The notes beneath the pieces were generated by a model. That model was not told the origin of the DNA. It ran no database searches and worked only from the letters and a program-made list of their open reading frames with translations. A stretch of DNA of 45,064 bases from Anaerolineae bacterium (GTDB taxonomy: Bacteria > Chloroflexota > Anaerolineae > CG2-30-64-16): contig DAOTZS010000133.1 in assembly GCA_034434335.1 (NCBI GenBank), positions 1 through 45,064 on the forward strand, given 5' to 3'. The position numbers and the translations under genes were made by a program. Below are positions 18,835 to 28,280 of the stretch, one piece after another. Within the stretch, counting starts at the first letter, position 1. Each line of letters opens with the position of its first letter.

Positions 18835-19651
18835 AGTGCAATGCTCTCGGAACGCTGGTCTCCGCTTTTCCCAAATAAGCCTCGATCACCCGCGGATCGT
18901 TGCGCACCTGATCGGGGGTGCCTTCCGCGATAATCTGGCCATAGCTGAGCACCTGGATGCGCTCGCACAGTTGCATTACTACCGGCATATTGTGCTCGAC
19001 GATAATGATCGTCAGGTCGTACTGGTCACGGATGTGGCGGATCAGCTGAAGCACTGCCATGCTTTCGTAGGGATTCATACCCGCTACCGGTTCGTCCAGC
19101 AGCAACAGCTTGGGGCGCAGTGCCAGGGCTCGCACGATCTCCAGGCGACGCTGATCGCCATAGGGGAGCGAAGCAGCCGGCATGTGGGCCCGATCGGCCA
19201 GGTCAAACAGAGCCAGTTGCTCCAGGGAGCGGGCTGTCAGCCGGCGCTCGCGCGAGGTAAAGGAAGGCCAGGACAGCAGGGTAGAGAAGAGATTGGCGCG
19301 ATCATGGAGCTGCTGTGCCACTTTCACGTTATCTAATACCGTCATGCTCGGAAACAAGCGTACATTCTGAAAGGTGCGACCGATCCCCAAGCGGGCTATC
19401 TGATCAGGGGTGGCATGGGTGATATCGCGTCCCAGAAAGCGGATCGTGCCGCGGGTGGGCCGCAGATAGCCGGTCAGCAAGTTGAAAACTGTGGTCTTGC
19501 CAGCACCATTAGGGCCGATAATGCCCAGGATCTCACCCTTCTGCAGGCGCAGGTGATAATTATCCACAGCTAGCAGGCCTTTGAACGCCTTGGCAAGGTT
19601 GGTTACTTCCAGCAGGCAGGTATCTTCAGTGCGTGTGGTATTATTGGCCAT
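18821..19651 (-). CDS. livG: Branched-chain amino acid ABC transporter ATP-binding protein (LivG-like)
   Basis: Walker A GPNGAGKTT, LPYGDQRRLEI, LLLLDEPVAG. 14-nt overlap with livF. ATG 19651 or upstream 19672. Confidence 0.93.
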   Translation of the reverse strand: MANNTTRTEDTCLLEVTNLAKAFKGLLAVDNYHLRLQKGEILGIIGPNGAGKTTVFNLLTGYLRPTRGTIRFLGRDITHATPDQIARLGIGRTFQNVRLFPSMTVLDNVKVAQQLHDRANLFSTLLSWPSFTSRERRLTARSLEQLALFDLADRAHMPAASLPYGDQRRLEIVRALALRPKLLLLDEPVAGMNPYESMAVLQLIRHIRDQYDLTIIIVEHNMPVVMQLCERIQVLSYGQIIAEGTPDQVRNDPRVIEAYLGKAETSVPRALHYAEA

Positions 19652-19767
19652 AATACGTTCCTGGTCGATCAAGAAGGCCCCGCAGGCGACATCGGCATCG
19701 GGATGAACGATCTGAAACGGATGGTCTGCCTGGCATCCGGCTCAGATCGGGGCGGTGAAACGGCCGG

Positions 19768-19796
19768 AGTATAGCATAACTGGCCGGCCACGTCAA
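19768..19796 (-). promoter_or_regulatory. Promoter of the liv-type ABC transporter operon
   Basis: Minus strand TTGACG-17 nt-TGC-TATACT, about 95-115 nt upstream of livG. Confidence 0.6.
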
Positions 19797-19883
19797 TGCC
19801 CCAGGTTTGGCGTTTGGCTGTGGCCCCGGCATCCAGGGAGCTTATAGGCTTCCAGTTGGGGATGGGCTTTGGGAGATAGGCCG

Positions 19884-21224
19884 CTAATACTCATAGCAGC
19901 TCCCACCGATGAACTCGCGCAGCAGTGAGTCGGGCGGGATGCTGGACTCGTCCTCCACGGCTGTGACCTCTGAAAGCATGTTGTAGACGCGCTCGGCCCG
20001 CTCAAAGGCATCGGTGCGCAGCGGGTCGCCACGATATTTCTCGACCCACTGGGCGAAGTGTGTGTACAGCCGGGCTTTCATGACAGGCAGTTCGTATGGC
20101 AGGCCGCTATTGATAATGTAATCGCTGCTGTTGGCATAGGGGATGATGTTGCGCAGCTCGCTGGCGCGCACATAGTGCCAGTGCTCGAGGGTGCGTTGAG
20201 GGTCGTAGGCCCGGTGGCGGGCATCTCGTACCATGCGCCGCATCAGCCGCAAGTCGGTCCAGCGCACGAAGTTGCCGGCCGCGTCCTTCATCTGAAGCAG
20301 AGGCTCGATGTAGATCTTGAACTTCTGCTCTTCGTCAATACCCGCCGTCATCTCTGGGAAGAGACCGTGCAGGCTGTCAATCAGGATCAGTTGACCCGGT
20401 TGGAGCTGGAGGGGAGTATGGTCGTTGTGGCGCCTGCCGGTCTTGAAGTCGTAGAAGGGGATCAGGACCTGTTCGCCGGCGATAAGGCGGCACAGATGCT
20501 CGTTGATCAGCCGCAGGTCCAGTGCCTGAGGGGTTTCGAAGTCGTAATCCCCGTATTCGTCCCTGGGGTGGAGTTCCAGGTCGAAGAAGTAGTTGTCCAC
20601 GCTCAAGGGGACCAGGCTGAGACCCATTTTGGACAGCAGGTGGGTCAGTTTGATGGTAGTGGTGGTCTTGCCCGAGGAAGAGGGGCCGGCGATGATGACG
20701 ATTTTCAGCCCATCCTTGCGTTCGCGGATCATTTCCGAGGCGGTGGTGATGTCCTCATTGTAAGCCCGATCGGCCTCATGCACGATGTCGGCAAACTCGC
20801 CCCGGGCTATGCGCTGGTTGAGCCCCGCAATGGTATGCAGGCCATGGTCTACCGCCCAGTTGAGCGATTCCCACACCTTGCGCCAGGGGATGGGGTCATC
20901 CCGCCGCGCGGAGAGCTCGGCGCGCTCACGGCGTCGGCGCGCGCGTTCCTCCCGATAGAGGATATAGGCCTTGGCGGTACGGGCGTGGCCGTTCTCGATC
21001 AGTACCTTTTCGACCAGGTCCTGGATTTCTTCAACGGTAGGGATATGATCGGCCGGCGTGGTAGCTTCCAACAGCGCGACTACCTGATCGGCCAGGCGTT
21101 CGGCAATAGAGCGATCGCGGCCGCCCACGGCCACCGCGGCCCGGTAGATGGCATTGGTAATACGGTCCTTGTTAAACGGGACCACAGCTCCGGTGCGTTT
21201 GACGACATGGGTGATCTTTGCCAT
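19884..21224 (-). CDS. ATP-cone domain fused to a uridine-kinase/PRK-like P-loop kinase with a C-terminal extension
   Basis: N-terminus VVKRTGAVVPFNKDRITNAIYRA...TVEEIQDLVEKVLIENGHARTAKAYILYREERA is an ATP-cone. Then P-loop AGPSSSGKTTT and a PRK-like core. The C-terminal region is paralogous to 28281..30104. Strong promoter 48 nt upstream. Confidence 0.85.
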   Translation of the reverse strand: MAKITHVVKRTGAVVPFNKDRITNAIYRAAVAVGGRDRSIAERLADQVVALLEATTPADHIPTVEEIQDLVEKVLIENGHARTAKAYILYREERARRRRERAELSARRDDPIPWRKVWESLNWAVDHGLHTIAGLNQRIARGEFADIVHEADRAYNEDITTASEMIRERKDGLKIVIIAGPSSSGKTTTTIKLTHLLSKMGLSLVPLSVDNYFFDLELHPRDEYGDYDFETPQALDLRLINEHLCRLIAGEQVLIPFYDFKTGRRHNDHTPLQLQPGQLILIDSLHGLFPEMTAGIDEEQKFKIYIEPLLQMKDAAGNFVRWTDLRLMRRMVRDARHRAYDPQRTLEHWHYVRASELRNIIPYANSSDYIINSGLPYELPVMKARLYTHFAQWVEKYRGDPLRTDAFERAERVYNMLSEVTAVEDESSIPPDSLLREFIGGSCYEY

Positions 21225-21279
21225 ACTCCCCCTTGCGGCCGGCCTGCATCTGGCTCTGTGCTACGAAAGGCACTGACGA

Positions 21280-21308
21280 AGTATATGGAACATGCTGGCG
21301 CCTGTCAA
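21280..21308 (-). promoter_or_regulatory. Promoter of the ATP-cone kinase gene
   Basis: Minus strand TTGACA-17 nt-TATACT, 48-nt leader, GGGGGAG RBS. Confidence 0.65.
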
Positions 21309-21510
21309 ACGCCCCAGAGCCGGACGCATGGGGAGCAGGGCCCAACGGCTAAAGTCTAGACGCGGGTGGGCGACGGCAGTGCCGTCGCCCACCCCGGCAG
21401 TGCCCTTGCCTGCCCACCCTCTTCTGGGGCTCGCAATGACCAGCAACACCCTATAGGAGGACTACCAACCCACTGCGAGGAAAAATACCCACCCTTGTGA
21501 GGGGAGCCAG

Positions 21511-21798
21511 GGGTGCGGGTCAATCCGCACAGTGTAGAAACCCCCTTAACTCGACACTAGTGCCGTGTTAAGCTAGATTCTGGCATTTTGCAGTCAGTGC
21601 GTTACCCCTCTCACCCCCTTTCCCCCGCTCTCCCCTCCCAGGGGAGAGCGGGGGAAATCCCAAGTGTGGGGGTTTCTGGGGCGGCGAAGCCGCCCCAGAA
21701 ACCCCCTTAATACCGATCTCCCCGCCCCCTGATAGGGGGCGGGGCCGGGGGTGGGGGTCAATCCGGAAAGTGTAGAATCCAGCTTTACAAAGCACTAG
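21511..21798. repeat. Hairpin-module element flanked by ~50-bp imperfect direct repeats
   Basis: Direct repeats GGGTGCGGGTCAATCCGCACAGTGTAGAAA...CACTAG (21511-21560) and GGGTGGGGGTCAATCCGGAAAGTGTAGAAT...CACTAG (21748-21798). Core hairpins CCCCCGCTCTCCCC-TCCCA-GGGGAGAGCGGGGG, GGGGGTTTCTGGGGCGGC-GAA-GCCGCCCCAGAAACCCCC and CCCCGCCCCC-TGATA-GGGGGCGGGG. Confidence 0.75.
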
Positions 21799-21837
21799 AC
21801 ATGAGCCTCCTTACATTTCAAGTGGCAGGCTCATCCA

Positions 21838-21846
21838 TGATATACT
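21838..21846 (+). promoter_or_regulatory. Extended -10 element upstream of the MFS gene
   Basis: TGATATACT (TGn + TATACT) with no good -35. Lies only ~20 nt before ATG 21866. Confidence 0.35.
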
Positions 21847-21865
21847 GTACCCGGTTATAGTCATC

Positions 21866-23260
21866 ATGCATGGGCCTAAACTTCCGTCCCTGATCCGATC
21901 ATTGGCCGATTTTTGCGCAGCTAGAGCACACGGCGCTGCTGCTTTCCACAGGGCAACTCGCGACCCTGAGCAACCAGCCTTTGTGCCTTCTGCTCAAGCT
22001 GGGTTGTCGCGCAATAGCTATCACCAGGCTCCACTGCAACAGATCCTTTTTCGCCCCATCTCCCCGGAGCAGGTCAACCAGCGCAATGTGTTGATTGATG
22101 CCATAGGGGTGGGGATCACGGCCGGGGTGGGCAGTTTCCTGGCTGTTTTCCTGGTGCGGCTGGGGGCATCCAACTTCCTGGTTGGGCTGTTGACGGCCAT
22201 GCCCTCTCTGACAGGGATGGTACTGGCCATCCCGGTGGGTGAATTCCTGGCCCGCCGGCGCAACATTGTGCCCTGGTTTGCCGGTGCTCGGTTCCTGGTG
22301 CTCTCCTGCTACGTGCTCACAGGCCTGGTGCCGTTCCTGGTCCATGACCACCGGCCCGAGGCGATCATCCTGATCTGGGCGGCTGCCACCCTGCCGCAAA
22401 CGGTGGTTTCGGTGGCGTTCACGGTAGTCATGGGGCGGGTAGGCGGCCCGGGCGGGCGCCTGACCCTGATCAGTTGGCGCTGGTCCACCTTGGGACTGAC
22501 CAATGCTCTGACGGTGGCGTTGGTAGGCCAGGTGTTGAAGCTATATGAGTTCCCGCTGAATTACCAGGTGGTGTTCATTGGTTCGGCCATCGGGGCGGTG
22601 ATCAGCCTGGTTTTCTCCAGCAGCATCAGGCTGCCGCCGTCTCAAGAACCTCTCTCTCAGGAGTCTTTGTGGCAGGGGTTGCGTCAGCACGGCAGGTCCC
22701 TGCGTGCCAACCGCCCATTTGTGCGCTTTGCCATCAGCCAGCTTGTGTACCGTTGGGGGCTGGCCCTGGCGGCACCGCTTTTCCCCATCTACTGGGTACG
22801 CAATGTTGGCGCCTCGGATACGGCGATCAGTGCCATCAATGGTGTGCAGACGATCATCACCATGGTGGCCTATTTTCTTTGGACACGCGCATCGCAGCAA
22901 CGAGGAGTGCGGTGGGTATTGCTGGTCACCACCATGGGACTGAGTTTCTACCCCTTGCTGACCGCGCTCACCCACCGGGTGGAATTGCTGGTGATATGGG
23001 CTGGCATGGCAGGGTTGTTTGCGGCAGGGGTCGACCTGGTGTTTTTCGATGTCGCATTGCGTACCTGCCCGGCAGAGCAGCAGCCGGCTTATATCGGCAT
23101 CTATCAGACCACCGTCTATATCGCTACTTTTCTGGGTCCCCTTGTTGGCTCAACCCTGGCCGACACCTTCGGCATCGTGCCCGCGCTGATAGTGGGGTCA
23201 GCGCTGCGCCTGGCCGGCTTTGGGTTGATGGCCGGCCTGGGCGTGGGCCAGGCGCACTGA
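21866..23260 (+). CDS. MFS transporter
   Basis: About 12 predicted hydrophobic segments with MFS-like loop motifs. The first ~70 residues are non-membrane, so the true start may be internal. Confidence 0.75.
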   Translation: MHGPKLPSLIRSLADFCAARAHGAAAFHRATRDPEQPAFVPSAQAGLSRNSYHQAPLQQILFRPISPEQVNQRNVLIDAIGVGITAGVGSFLAVFLVRLGASNFLVGLLTAMPSLTGMVLAIPVGEFLARRRNIVPWFAGARFLVLSCYVLTGLVPFLVHDHRPEAIILIWAAATLPQTVVSVAFTVVMGRVGGPGGRLTLISWRWSTLGLTNALTVALVGQVLKLYEFPLNYQVVFIGSAIGAVISLVFSSSIRLPPSQEPLSQESLWQGLRQHGRSLRANRPFVRFAISQLVYRWGLALAAPLFPIYWVRNVGASDTAISAINGVQTIITMVAYFLWTRASQQRGVRWVLLVTTMGLSFYPLLTALTHRVELLVIWAGMAGLFAAGVDLVFFDVALRTCPAEQQPAYIGIYQTTVYIATFLGPLVGSTLADTFGIVPALIVGSALRLAGFGLMAGLGVGQAH

Positions 23261-23273
23261 GAGGGCAGGGTGG

Positions 23274-23882
23274 TCACCCCGTGGGTGCGCTCTTTTCCAG
23301 CACAAACACCCCTGTGGTGGAAAGCAGGTTGGTGAACTTGATGATATGCACACGCCGGCCGTTGGTGAGGTAGGCCTGGCGGGCAATGTGGATGCCGGTC
23401 TGGCGACAGAACTGGGCAAAGTCGGTGATGGTGAAAGCCTGCCAGCGCGGCTTCTCGTACCAGGGCTGGGGGAGGTCAGGTGCTCTGGGGATGCGGCCGG
23501 TGAAGAGGAGCTCCAGCCGACAGCGCCAGTAGCCCCAGTTGGGAAAGCTCACAATGGCGCGTTCTCCCACCCGCAGCATTTCGCGCAGGATCATGGCCGG
23601 GTCGTCGAGGAAGGGCAGAGTCTGGCTCAATACGACGTAGTCGAAGCTGCGGTCAGGATAGTCCCCCAGCCCCTCCTGAAGATCTCCCTGCCGCACGCTG
23701 AGCCCGCGGCGCACGCAGGCCAGCACGCCTGTCTCGCTTAACTCGATCCCCCTTCCTTTGACCCCTTTCTGGTGCACCAGATAGTCCAGCAGTGCGCCAT
23801 CGCCGCAGCCCAGGTCCAGCACCCGACAGCCATCCGGGATGAAACTGGCGATGATTTGCAGGTCGGGGCGCAGCTCGGTCAT
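23274..23882 (-). CDS. metW: Methionine biosynthesis protein MetW
   Basis: MTELRPDLQIIASFIPDGCRVLDLGCGDGALL...FPNWGYWRCRLELLFTGRIP matches MetW. Downstream of metX. TTG 23930 is an alternative start. Confidence 0.9.
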   Translation of the reverse strand: MTELRPDLQIIASFIPDGCRVLDLGCGDGALLDYLVHQKGVKGRGIELSETGVLACVRRGLSVRQGDLQEGLGDYPDRSFDYVVLSQTLPFLDDPAMILREMLRVGERAIVSFPNWGYWRCRLELLFTGRIPRAPDLPQPWYEKPRWQAFTITDFAQFCRQTGIHIARQAYLTNGRRVHIIKFTNLLSTTGVFVLEKSAPTG

Positions 23883-24072
23883 TCTGCCCCGTGGGCTCTG
23901 ATGAGCGGGTTTCTGTCGTCGGATCAGCAAAGCCTCTCTCCAAACTGCCCAGAGCTTCAGTTCTGGGCTAAGATAGCAAAGCCCTACGGGCTAATTCCGA
24001 TCCCGACGGGGCCTTGCTCTCTCAGCGCGGGGGTTCAGCCCCATCCCTCTGCATGCGCCTTGGCAGCAGCCT

Positions 24073-25212
24073 TCAGGCGATGCCCTCCTCGGCGGCCAGG
24101 CGATCCATGAAGCTGCTGATCAGCTTCGTCATCGTCTCCACCTCGAGCAGGAACGCGTCGTGCCCCCACGTGCTTTCGATGTCGAGATAGGTCACGTCAG
24201 CGCCCACGGCGGTGAGGGCCGAGACCAGCTCTTTGCTATGATAAGAGGGGTAGAGCCAATCGCTGGTGAAACTGACTACCAGGAACTTGATATGGGCTGA
24301 GTTGGCAAACGCCGCTGCCAGGCCGTTGGGCACGCTCAGGTCGAAGTAGTCCATGGCCTTGGTGATGTAGAGATAGCTATTGGCATCGAAGCGCTGGGTG
24401 AAGGCCTGGCCCTTATACTTCAGATAGCTCTCCACCTGGAATTCGGTGGCGAAGTCGTAGCCATAGCGTTCCCGGTCCTGGAGGCGGCGGCCGAATTTCT
24501 GGTGCATGGACTGATCGCTGAGGTAGGTGATATGGCCGATCATGCGTGCCACGGCCAAGCCGGCATCGGGGCGCCGGCCGTTTTCATAGTAATCGCCGCC
24601 CTGCCAGTTGGGGTCGGCATAGATCGCCTGACGGCCCACCTCGCTGAAGGCGATCAGCATGGGGCTGGTGCGGGCAGTGGTGGCCAGCGGGATGGCCGCT
24701 TTCACCCGCTGGGGATGGTGGGCTGCCCACTCGAGGGCCTGCATCCCTCCCATCGAGCCGCCGGCCACACAGAGCAACTTTTCAATGCCCAGGTGATCTA
24801 TCAGGGCAACCTGGGCGCGCACCATATCGCCGATGGTCACCACTGGAAAACGCAGCCCATACGGTTTGCCGGTAGCTGGGTTGATGCTGCTCGGCCCGCT
24901 GGAACCGTAACAGCTCCCCAGCACATTGCTGCAGATCACGAAGAAGCGGTCAGTGTCAAATGCCTTGCCTGGCCCGATGCAGTCGTCCCACCAGCCAAGC
25001 TTGCCGTTAGCATCATAGCCGGCCGCGTGCGCGCCGCCGCTCAGCGCATGAAGGATCAGCACCGCGTTGGAACGCTCGCGGTTCAACCGGCCGTAGGTCT
25101 CATAGGCCAGGGTAACCGGGCTCAACGTTGCGCCGCTCTCCAGCACAAAAGGCTGATCTTGGGCGAAGGTATAATATTGCGTCTGCACGATGCCCAGTCC
25201 ATGCTCTGCCAT
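24073..25212 (-). CDS. metX: Homoserine O-acetyltransferase
   Basis: Alpha/beta hydrolase with GGSMGGMQALEW and the MetX-type N-terminus. GGAGG RBS before ATG 25212. Confidence 0.93.
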   Translation of the reverse strand: MAEHGLGIVQTQYYTFAQDQPFVLESGATLSPVTLAYETYGRLNRERSNAVLILHALSGGAHAAGYDANGKLGWWDDCIGPGKAFDTDRFFVICSNVLGSCYGSSGPSSINPATGKPYGLRFPVVTIGDMVRAQVALIDHLGIEKLLCVAGGSMGGMQALEWAAHHPQRVKAAIPLATTARTSPMLIAFSEVGRQAIYADPNWQGGDYYENGRRPDAGLAVARMIGHITYLSDQSMHQKFGRRLQDRERYGYDFATEFQVESYLKYKGQAFTQRFDANSYLYITKAMDYFDLSVPNGLAAAFANSAHIKFLVVSFTSDWLYPSYHSKELVSALTAVGADVTYLDIESTWGHDAFLLEVETMTKLISSFMDRLAAEEGIA

Positions 25213-25267
25213 AGTCCTCCCCCCAATCAGGGCTTTCACTGTGATTAGACGCAACTCACAATATATG

Positions 25268-25496
25268 CTTTCTGTCTCCCTGGGCCTTCACTGCCCCTCA
25301 CCCCCTCTACCCCTCGGGACGTGGCCCTTGGCCTGCGGCCATGGGAGAAGGAAGAATAAACAAGAGAGGTTTTTGTGACGGCGGCCAAGGGCCACCGTCA
25401 CAAAAACCCTTTTCTCCTCCTCTCCTCTCCTGCCGCCAAAGGCGAGCGGGAGAGGAGAGGGGGCAGAGGGAGAGGTAAGGGCCTTGAGCGGCAGCT
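25268..25496 (-). repeat. Three-hairpin compound repeat, copy in the metY-metX intercistronic spacer
   Basis: Its reverse complement aligns with 39421..39641 across an outer stem plus three internal hairpins. Conserved loops CGCTCGCCTTTGGCGGCA and TGGCCGCAGGCCAAGG. Confidence 0.85.
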
Positions 25497-25519
25497 TTAG
25501 GGCCCCACCCCAACCCCCG

Positions 25520-26839
<1,320 letters not shown>

Positions 26840-26924
26840 TCACTGGAAAATTAACGCCCTCTCCACGTCTGGGTGAGAGGGCGTCTGCGTTTGGGCTGGC
26901 AGAGTATTCGTCTGCGAAGACGAC

Positions 26925-27000
26925 AAAATAAAAAAATCCCCAATCTGGCGACTCCGCCCGGATTATCTGGCATCTGAGCCCAGATAACCCGCGACTGGGG
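26925..27000 (-). terminator. Riboswitch expression-platform terminator (long imperfect hairpin plus U-run)
   Basis: Minus strand: CCCCAGUCGC GGGUUAUCUGG GCUCAGAUG CCAGAUAAUCC ...AUUGGGGA followed by UUUUUUUAUUUU. Confidence 0.6.
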
Positions 27001-27023
27001 ATGAGCAGCTCTGACTCACCTCC

Positions 27024-27146
27024 CTCTCATCTTCCAGATCAAGTCTGCCGGAATTGGCACCCTAACGTAGCACAGGCCTCATTGCCATGTCTTACCGGGT
27101 TGCCGAGGCTTCATTGGGCCGGTCCCTCTGCCTCTCTGGATAAGAG
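27024..27146 (-). promoter_or_regulatory. SAM-I (S-box) riboswitch aptamer upstream of metY
   Basis: Minus-strand reading is CUCUUAUCCAGAGAGGCAGAGGGACCGGCCCAAUGAAGCCUCGGCAACC...GGUGCCAAUUCCGGCAGA...GGAAGAUGAGAG. This matches the SAM-I consensus, including P1 CUCUUAUC/GAUGAGAG. Confidence 0.88.
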
Positions 27147-27173
27147 TTGCGGCGCTATTCAGTTGTGGGGCCC

Positions 27174-27202
27174 ACTATACCAGCGTGGCAGGGATTTGTC
27201 AA
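27174..27202 (-). promoter_or_regulatory. Promoter of the SAM-riboswitch/metY-metX-metW unit
   Basis: Minus strand TTGACA-17 nt-TATAGT with TGn. TSS predicted about 20 nt before the riboswitch P1. Confidence 0.65.
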
Positions 27203-27321
27203 ATCGTTTTCATCGTTTTTGTGGAGCTGCTCAGACAGGCAGAGGCCGTCGGAAACGAGTTCGTGCCATCGGTTGAAGCCGATGGCGGCGAGCTGGCAGC
27301 CTGAGCCAACGGCTGTGAGTG

Positions 27322-27351
27322 TTGGCCCATGGGCGTGCCCTGTGTTAGAAT
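27322..27351 (+). promoter_or_regulatory. Candidate promoter of the DUF1638 / TGS-kinase genes
   Basis: TTGGCC-18 nt-TGT-TAGAAT. Confidence 0.45.
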
Positions 27352-27491
27352 GGGATAATCGCCAGCACTGCGGCCAGTTCCATATGGGGATCTATCGCCT
27401 GGCACGTCCATCGCATTAGTCATTTACAGCCGCCATGCTGCAACCAACGGCGATACGGAGGCCGCAGTACAAAAAGTGGAGGAATTTGCCG

Positions 27492-28238
27492 ATGCGTCTG
27501 ATCTGTCTGGCCTGTGAGGTATTGGCGCGGCCGCTTTATCTGTGTGCGGCCCGCTCGCCCCATATCGTTGATATCGAGTTGTTGCGCCGCGGCCTGCACG
27601 ACAAGCCGGCTGACCTGCGAGCGCGGCTGCAAGCGCGGATAGACGCCCTCTCGGCCGGGCCCTATCCCTATGATGCCATTGTCATGGGCTATGGGTTGTG
27701 CGGGCAGGCCACCGCCGGCCTTACAGCACGAGCCATTCCTGTGGTGATCCCACGCGCCCACGATTGCATTACCCTGTTTCTGGGCAGCCGCCAGCGTTAT
27801 CGCGAGCAATTTGAGCGCTGTCCGGGCACCTACTGGTACGCGCAGGACTATATCGAACGGGATGACGGTCAGGCCGGCACCCTGGCGCTTGGCTCGGGCC
27901 CGAGCAGCGACCTGCAGAAGACTTACGAAGAATATGTGCAGAAGTACGGCCAGGACAACGCTGATTACCTGATGGAGGTCTTGGGGGCGTGGCAGAAGTA
28001 CTATCAGCGCGCGGTCTACATCGAGATGGGTGTGGCCGATGGTCGCGCTGTGGAGGAAAAGGCCCGCTCCGACGCTGCTCGCCGCGGGTGGGCCTTCGAA
28101 AAGATGGCAGGTGATCTGATACTGATCCGCCGGCTGCTGGAAGGGGATTGGGATACAGATTTCCTGGTATTGCAGCCCGGAGCCCGGCTGGAGATGAGCT
28201 ATGATGAGGGGATAATCACGTCTCAGATGGTATCATAG
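27492..28238 (+). CDS. DUF1638 domain protein
   Basis: LICLACEVLARPLY...YDAIVMGYGLCG...IPRAHDCITLFLGS pattern recalled for DUF1638. ATG 27492 has a GGAGGA RBS. ATG 27435 is an alternative start. Confidence 0.7.
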   Translation: MRLICLACEVLARPLYLCAARSPHIVDIELLRRGLHDKPADLRARLQARIDALSAGPYPYDAIVMGYGLCGQATAGLTARAIPVVIPRAHDCITLFLGSRQRYREQFERCPGTYWYAQDYIERDDGQAGTLALGSGPSSDLQKTYEEYVQKYGQDNADYLMEVLGAWQKYYQRAVYIEMGVADGRAVEEKARSDAARRGWAFEKMAGDLILIRRLLEGDWDTDFLVLQPGARLEMSYDEGIITSQMVS

Positions 28239-28280
28239 AGGGGTTGGAATAGTGTTTAGGGAGAGCGGAGAGCTTTGAAC

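Noticed and set aside
20058-21359. 433-aa ORF on the plus strand
   Set aside because: Antisense to the ATP-cone kinase gene, with no recognisable motifs.
23883-24072. 190-nt metX-metW spacer with three short hairpins as another repeat-family copy
   Set aside because: The stems are only 5-7 bp and share none of the conserved loop motifs. The spacer shrinks to 142 nt if metW uses TTG 23930. Evidence is insufficient.
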